Part shown: positions 58,796 to 64,000 of the stretch, in pieces
Position numbering within the stretch: position 1 is the stretch's first letter
How the letters are laid out: each line of letters opens with the position of its first letter
Source: Akkermansiaceae bacterium
GTDB lineage: Bacteria; Verrucomicrobiota; Verrucomicrobiia; Verrucomicrobiales; Akkermansiaceae
Length of the DNA stretch: 64,000 nucleotides
Direction of reading: 5' to 3'
Assembly: GCA_051251915.1 (NCBI GenBank)
Contig: JBPOGF010000006.1
Location: forward strand, 96,001-160,000
Program-made: the position numbers and the translations under genes
The notes under the pieces: generated by a model
Database searches by the model: none
What the model saw: the letters and a program-made list of their open reading frames with translations, nothing else
Told to the model about the DNA's origin: nothing

Positions 58796-59716
58796 ATGGA
58801 TAAGAATTTAAAAATAGCAGTGGCCATGGGAGGTCCAGGGTCAGAGCATGATGTGTCAATGGCATCTGGTAAAGCTGTGCTGAAGGCTCTAACAGATGCT
58901 GGGTGTAATGCGGTGGAGTTGATCGTGAGTGACTTTTCTATTGTTGCACCGGAGGGTGTGGATGTGGTGTTTAACACTATTCACGGGACCTTTGGTGAGA
59001 ATGGTGATTTACAGAGGCTGTTAGATGAGCAGGGGGTTGCCTATACGGGTGGCGGAGCAGTTAGTAGTGAGTTGGCCTTCGATAAAGTCTTGAGTAAAAA
59101 GAGGTTTATAGAGGCTGGAGTTCCTACTCCTGTGAGTGAGATAGTGGATTGCACGGATGGTTTCAAGATGCCTGAAATGGCGCTGCCGTATGTGGTGAAG
59201 CCACCACGTGAGGGTTCAAGTGTGGGGGTGCATATTTGCCGGACTGCTGACGAGGCTAAAGCTGCGATGGAGGATGCTACTAAGTTTAGTAATGATGTTT
59301 TGATCGAGCAGTTGGTTGAAGGGAAAGAGCTCACTGTAGGTGTGCTGGATGGCGAGGTTCTGCCGATCGTGCATATTGCGCCGCGGAGTGGATTTTACGA
59401 TATGAAGAACAAGTATCCTTGGATGACTGGTGACGGCGGTACGGATTATTATTGCCCTGCTGATCTTAGTCCTGAGGTGACTAAGGTGGTGCAGTCTGCA
59501 GCTCTTGCTGCTCATAATTCACTGGGTGTGGAGGTTTATTCTAGAGTGGATGTTCTGTTAGATGCTGATGAAAACCCGTATGTTTTGGAGGCGAATACGA
59601 TTCCTGGGATGACAGCTAGTAGTTTGTTGCCTAAGTCAGCTCAGGCTGCTGGCTATGAGTTTGCGGAGCTTTGTATGAAGATTATCGATATATCAATGAG
59701 CACTCCAAGGGGGTGA
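58796..59716 (+). CDS. ddl: D-alanine--D-alanine ligase
   Basis: GGPGSEHDVS, HGTFGENG, VVKP..EGSSVG, FYD.KNKY, LEANTIPGMT..SLLP. Confidence 0.97.
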   Translation: MDKNLKIAVAMGGPGSEHDVSMASGKAVLKALTDAGCNAVELIVSDFSIVAPEGVDVVFNTIHGTFGENGDLQRLLDEQGVAYTGGGAVSSELAFDKVLSKKRFIEAGVPTPVSEIVDCTDGFKMPEMALPYVVKPPREGSSVGVHICRTADEAKAAMEDATKFSNDVLIEQLVEGKELTVGVLDGEVLPIVHIAPRSGFYDMKNKYPWMTGDGGTDYYCPADLSPEVTKVVQSAALAAHNSLGVEVYSRVDVLLDADENPYVLEANTIPGMTASSLLPKSAQAAGYEFAELCMKIIDISMSTPRG

Positions 59717-59736
59717 GATTAGTAGAGAATTGAATT

Positions 59737-60729
59737 ATGTTTAAGAAGAAAACGAGTAAATTGAAACGGAACAAGCGCACGAGACATGATCGTGAGCTTG
59801 ATCTGAATGTGTCGTCGCCGCGCATCGTTTTCTTCCAGTCTCTGAAAGCGATTCGAGGAATGATGAAGACGATTATCATTCTGTTGATTGTTGGTAGTGG
59901 GTGTTGGTTTGGTTACAAACAGATTAGTGATCACTTTAATAATAACGAGGAGTTTGCTATTAAAAGTTCACCTGTGACTAATTTTGAAGGTAAGCCAACG
60001 GTGGTGTTACCTAGATTGCGTGTATTAGAAATAGCAAATGTTGATCTTGGTGGAACGATTTTCAGTGTGGATCTTGATGAGGTGAAACGATTGCTTCTGG
60101 ATCGACCTGAGATCCGAGATGTGAAAGTGAAGCGCACTTTGCCTAATACGATTGATATACAGATCGATGAGCGTGTGCCGGTGGCATGGTTGTCATGCAG
60201 GGAGTTGGGATTAGCTGGGCGTAGTCCGCATAAAGGGGTTTTGTTAGACGCGACAGGGGTAAGTTTTATGTGCGAGAAAGATTTCTGGAGGGTGGCTAAA
60301 AACTTACCTGTGATTGAGGTGTCGAGTAATTCAAAAACAGAATTTCCAATTGGAAAGAAGATGCGGAATGCTGATGCTGAGCGAGCCTTGAGTCTGGTGC
60401 TAAAGTTGCGAGAGATGGATAAGCAGCCGTGGGCGATTGATAGGGTGAAGGTGGAAAATTTTTACACTCTGCATGTGATTAGTAAAGATGGAGTGGTGGC
60501 TGTGTGCGGGATGCATGATCACGATCGACAGTTACATCAGCTTATACTAGCACGTGAGCATGCAGTGCAAAATCAAAAGGAGTTAGCATGGATAGATCTT
60601 AGACCTAAGACGAATATTCCGGCTCATTACAAGGGTGGGGGGGCGGTGTTGCCTCACGACTACACACCAAAAAGCGTGGAGGACGATGGGCTAGATCCAT
60701 CGACTAGGAGTATATTGAATCAAAATTAA
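59737..60729 (+). CDS. ftsQ: Cell division protein FtsQ/DivIB
   Basis: One TM, POTRA (VKVKRTLPNTIDIQIDERVPVA), WIDLR; located between ddl and ftsA. Confidence 0.88.
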   Translation: MFKKKTSKLKRNKRTRHDRELDLNVSSPRIVFFQSLKAIRGMMKTIIILLIVGSGCWFGYKQISDHFNNNEEFAIKSSPVTNFEGKPTVVLPRLRVLEIANVDLGGTIFSVDLDEVKRLLLDRPEIRDVKVKRTLPNTIDIQIDERVPVAWLSCRELGLAGRSPHKGVLLDATGVSFMCEKDFWRVAKNLPVIEVSSNSKTEFPIGKKMRNADAERALSLVLKLREMDKQPWAIDRVKVENFYTLHVISKDGVVAVCGMHDHDRQLHQLILAREHAVQNQKELAWIDLRPKTNIPAHYKGGGAVLPHDYTPKSVEDDGLDPSTRSILNQN

Positions 60730-60738
60730 TCTGAGAGA

Positions 60739-61959
60739 ATGGCAAAATCAACAATACATGTAGGACTAGAGATAGGGACCAGCAAGACCTGTATGGTAGT
60801 GGGAGAAGTGAAGGCGGATGGCTCTGTGAAGATTCTAGGCGTTGGGGAGACTAAGAGTGTGGGAGTGAGGAAGGGAGAGATTTCAGATTTCCACCAAGTC
60901 CGCACTTGCGTGCGTGAGGCGTTATTAGAGGCGGAAGATGTCTGTGATGTGGAGATCACGAGTATTATTCTCTCGGTGACAGGTTCGCATATCCAAGGGG
61001 TGAATAACCGTGGGACTTTCCGACTTCCTGATGAAGACAGTGAGGTAGAAGAAGAGCATATTTTAGAAGCTGATGAGATAGCGCAAGACGTCGCTATGCC
61101 TAGTGATAATGTTTATTTACTCAATGTGATTCGTCATTATTGGTTAGATGGTCAGCAGCATATAACAAAGCCACTTGGGCTTTTAGGGAAGACGCTGGAA
61201 GCAGATTATCATATTATTCATGGGAATAAACTTAGGATACAGAACAGTTTGAAGTGTGTGAGAGAGATCCCATTAGATGTTGATGCGGTAGTGTTCGCGC
61301 CTATTGCATCGGCTCAGATAGCGCTGAACCGCGAGCGGAAAGATGAAGGAGCGTTGGTGATTGATATTGGAGGAGGGACCACTGATTACGTTCTCTATAT
61401 CAATGGTGCTGTAGAGGCATCAGGGTGTATCCCAGTTGGTGGAGATCATATTAGTAATGATATTCATCTGGTGACGCATATTCCATTATCAAAAGCAGAG
61501 CAGGTAAAGAAGACTGAGGGTGACGCATCAGGAGATGCTGCTAAGTCTGTGGGTATAGTGACTATTGAAGATGAAAAGGGTTTTCCTGATATCGAGATAA
61601 AGCGTCAGCTATTGAATGATATTATACGGGGTAGAATGTTAGAAACTCTAGGTTTCGTGAAAGAGAAACTACCAGAGGACTCATTGAAAAATGTAGGTAC
61701 TGGGGTGTTCTTGACTGGAGGAACTAGTTTGATGCGTGGTATGGGGGAGCTTACCAATGAAGTTTTCGGGCTCCCTGTTTACCGTCCGGAGCAACCAGAG
61801 GTATCAGGTGTTCAGGCCTATTTCAGAGATCCGCAGTATTCGACGGCGGTGGGACTTATTCGTTATGCTCAGATTATCGAGGAAGAGAAAAACGAGCGGA
61901 AATCAAAGAACGGTTTCATCAATAAGCTTTCTAAATTCCTTCCGTTTGGATCACATTAA
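60739..61959 (+). CDS. ftsA: Cell division protein FtsA
   Basis: GLEIGTSK, GVRKG, IDIGGGTTD, PVGGDHISNDI, LTGGTS, YSTAVGL. Confidence 0.96.
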   Translation: MAKSTIHVGLEIGTSKTCMVVGEVKADGSVKILGVGETKSVGVRKGEISDFHQVRTCVREALLEAEDVCDVEITSIILSVTGSHIQGVNNRGTFRLPDEDSEVEEEHILEADEIAQDVAMPSDNVYLLNVIRHYWLDGQQHITKPLGLLGKTLEADYHIIHGNKLRIQNSLKCVREIPLDVDAVVFAPIASAQIALNRERKDEGALVIDIGGGTTDYVLYINGAVEASGCIPVGGDHISNDIHLVTHIPLSKAEQVKKTEGDASGDAAKSVGIVTIEDEKGFPDIEIKRQLLNDIIRGRMLETLGFVKEKLPEDSLKNVGTGVFLTGGTSLMRGMGELTNEVFGLPVYRPEQPEVSGVQAYFRDPQYSTAVGLIRYAQIIEEEKNERKSKNGFINKLSKFLPFGSH

Positions 61960-61968
61960 CTGATATTT

Positions 61969-62940
61969 ATGAGTTCCAAGATCTATGTACATAAATATCT
62001 GATGCACAGCCGTCAGGGTTTGAATAGCAGATCTCACACGATTCAACATGAAGGTGCTCTGATTAGGGTTGAAGTGGACGGCGTTCCTGGCTTTGGGTGT
62101 TTGCATCCATGGGTAGAGTTAGGGGACTCTGGGTTAGGTGAGTTGATCAAACAGCTATCGGAAGGCAGGGCTTCGCGCCAGGTGAAGTGTGCTTTAGAAT
62201 GTGCTGCAGCTGATAGAAGAGCGCGAGCGCAGGGGGTAAGTTTATTTGCCGGGCTAGAGGTGCCTATGAGTCACGCTACGATTGTGGGTGGAGCTGATAG
62301 GGTGGAGCTTGCTGTTGCGGCAGGTTTCGATACTGTGAAGCTTAAAGTGGGGCGTGATGTGGTGGAGAACTTAAGGCTCCTGCGAGAGGTTAACGGTTTA
62401 TTTCCAGAGCTTAAGATGAGGTTAGATTTTAATGGGGTTTCTGGTGAAGGAGCATTAGAGTTCATGCTGATGGAAATGGGTGAGGGCCTGAGGCGACAGA
62501 TTGACTTTATCGAGGATCCATTCCCGCTGGGGATATCAGCTTGGGATACACTTAGGGATAAGTATGGGGTGAAGTTTGCTGTAGATAGAGGGATAGCTAT
62601 GGCGGATGGGGAATACGATGTTTCCGTTGTGAAGCCCGCAATAGATAAGACAGTGAAGATATGTGATGCTGCTCAGATGGCGGGAAGAAGTGTGGTGGTC
62701 ACTAGCTATATGGATCATCCTGTAGGTCAATGTTATGCGGCATATTGTGCAGGATTGATGAATGATATGTACCTCGGACTCGTGAACAAGCGATGTGGGC
62801 TGATGACACATGGAATCTACGAACCTACAGAATTTACTGAGCGAATGGGAGGCATAAGTCCTGCTTGGAATATCGTGAGTGATTCTACTGGATTGGGATT
62901 TGATGATCTATTAGACCAATTAGATTGGAAATGTATTTAA
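61969..62940 (+). CDS. menC: o-succinylbenzoate synthase-like enolase-superfamily protein
   Basis: LHPWVELGD, KLKVG (KxK), RLDFN, FIEDP, AVD, VVKP, VVTSYMD. Confidence 0.65.
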   Translation: MSSKIYVHKYLMHSRQGLNSRSHTIQHEGALIRVEVDGVPGFGCLHPWVELGDSGLGELIKQLSEGRASRQVKCALECAAADRRARAQGVSLFAGLEVPMSHATIVGGADRVELAVAAGFDTVKLKVGRDVVENLRLLREVNGLFPELKMRLDFNGVSGEGALEFMLMEMGEGLRRQIDFIEDPFPLGISAWDTLRDKYGVKFAVDRGIAMADGEYDVSVVKPAIDKTVKICDAAQMAGRSVVVTSYMDHPVGQCYAAYCAGLMNDMYLGLVNKRCGLMTHGIYEPTEFTERMGGISPAWNIVSDSTGLGFDDLLDQLDWKCI

Positions 62941-63077
62941 ACAGTTGTTTGTTTTCTGGGGACCCTTGAGCGGGCTTATGCCTAGAGTATCATAGGTGAA
63001 ACTAAAACTATGGTATATATTCTATACAAAAATAATTACTTGCGTTTATTGGTTAGCAACAATATATAAAGAGAGTT

Positions 63078-63404
63078 ATGGCCAAAGAAATACAAGAATC
63101 AGCAAGAGGAAAGCGATATAGCTCAGCAGAACGAGTGAAAATCCTTACTTTTGTAGATAAATACAATGCAACAAATGGAAGAGGTGGAGCAGCAGCTGCA
63201 TCTAGGAAATATGACGTTTCTCAACTTACAATAGGTAATTGGTTAAGAGCCGCTGGCTCACCATCACCTAAGCGCAAGAAAAGTAATGTGGATATAGATA
63301 AGACTCTAAAACGTCTCAGTGAACTTCATAAGCTTATGGCTCAGACTGAAGAAGAACTAGACAAACAGCGTAAAGAATACGCTGGATTAAAAATGGCTCT
63401 TTAG
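63078..63404 (+). CDS. Small basic HTH + coiled-coil protein
   Basis: GKRYS..ER..IL, AASRKYDVSQLTIGNWL HTH, C-terminal heptads; no partner transposase. Confidence 0.75.
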   Translation: MAKEIQESARGKRYSSAERVKILTFVDKYNATNGRGGAAAASRKYDVSQLTIGNWLRAAGSPSPKRKKSNVDIDKTLKRLSELHKLMAQTEEELDKQRKEYAGLKMAL

Positions 63405-63443
63405 CCACCACCTCCAAAACACACGTAAATCAATATTAACAAC

Positions 63444-63480
63444 AAAGTCGGCTATTCAGAAATGGATAGCCGATTTTTTT
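63444..63480. terminator. Intrinsic terminator
   Basis: tcggctatt/gatagccga stem followed by a T-run. Confidence 0.8.
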
Positions 63481-63570
63481 ACTTTGAAAGAGGGGAAACG
63501 CATTCACTAGCCTAAATGCTCTATAGTTTATAGAATATAGACTAGCGAAAACGAAACACGCATCTTTTTG

Positions 63571-63789
63571 TTACTCGCCGCCAGCGGAATCCGCTGTGTC
63601 CTTGATATCAGTCAAGGCAGCGATGAAGTCACCGAGTATGTCTGCGGGAACCATGATGGTATCACGATTTCCACTAACATCTTCAGTGATCTTTACTACT
63701 TTGCCACGAGCATTCTGTTTGAGATCTAGGAAGAAAATCTTCCTGTCTGCTAGAATTTTTTCAGTATGCAATAGGTCATTATTCTGCAC
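63571..63789 (-). CDS. PUR-family (Pur-alpha-like) ssDNA/RNA-binding protein
   Basis: RKIFFLDLKQNARGKVVKITE....RDTIMVP single PUR repeat; GTG start. Confidence 0.88.
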   Translation of the reverse strand: MQNNDLLHTEKILADRKIFFLDLKQNARGKVVKITEDVSGNRDTIMVPADILGDFIAALTDIKDTADSAGGE

Positions 63790-63960
63790 CTTTTCTCCTT
63801 CTTTTTAATGATTCAAGTCACCACGCTTACCATAAGCGTGATTTGCAATGATACTGAATAGTTCTCTAACAAGGTCAATGATAAATGAGATTATTGTAAA
63901 AACTCTATACTGAATCAAATGTCTTTTCATCTTGATCTGAGTATTTAAGCTTGGTTTTAG

Positions 63961-64000
63961 ATGAAACTAACATTCTTAGGAACCAGCACTTCAGTAGGCG
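63961..64000 (+). CDS. MBL-fold metallohydrolase (PhnP-like), 5' end only
   Basis: MKLTFLGTSTSVG at the window edge. Confidence 0.6.
   Translation, partial: MKLTFLGTSTSVG

Overview
Bacterial chromosomal segment, most likely Verrucomicrobiota (inferred from a PVC-type heme-binding CxxCH protein, a MurC-MurB fusion, long-form IspG and a Chlamydia-like RNR). The housekeeping backbone comprises nrdB-nrdA, thiL, ispG, thiC with a TPP riboswitch, gltX-aroE, hisF, gatB and the end of the dcw cluster (murG, murC-murB, ddl, ftsQ, ftsA). Accessory elements are a solo AT-rich OLD-family ATPase-TOPRIM gene, a vapBC pair and a ~8 kb defence island (yhcG/DUF1016, an HTH protein, a 1702-aa Avs-like STAND NTPase and a decayed type I hsdR relic). 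The most unusual signals are: (i) four co-varying 27-bp palindromes inside and upstream of yhcG, the internal ones encoding the same peptide motif; (ii) a family of intergenic composite repeats (CCACG-type triplets and heptamer runs) that bracket accessory genes; (iii) an NrdB with no radical tyrosine (class Ic-like); (iv) a small membrane ORF between the TPP riboswitch and thiC. No tRNA, rRNA, CRISPR array, integrase or intact transposase was seen. All calls are by eye from motifs; no database searches were run.
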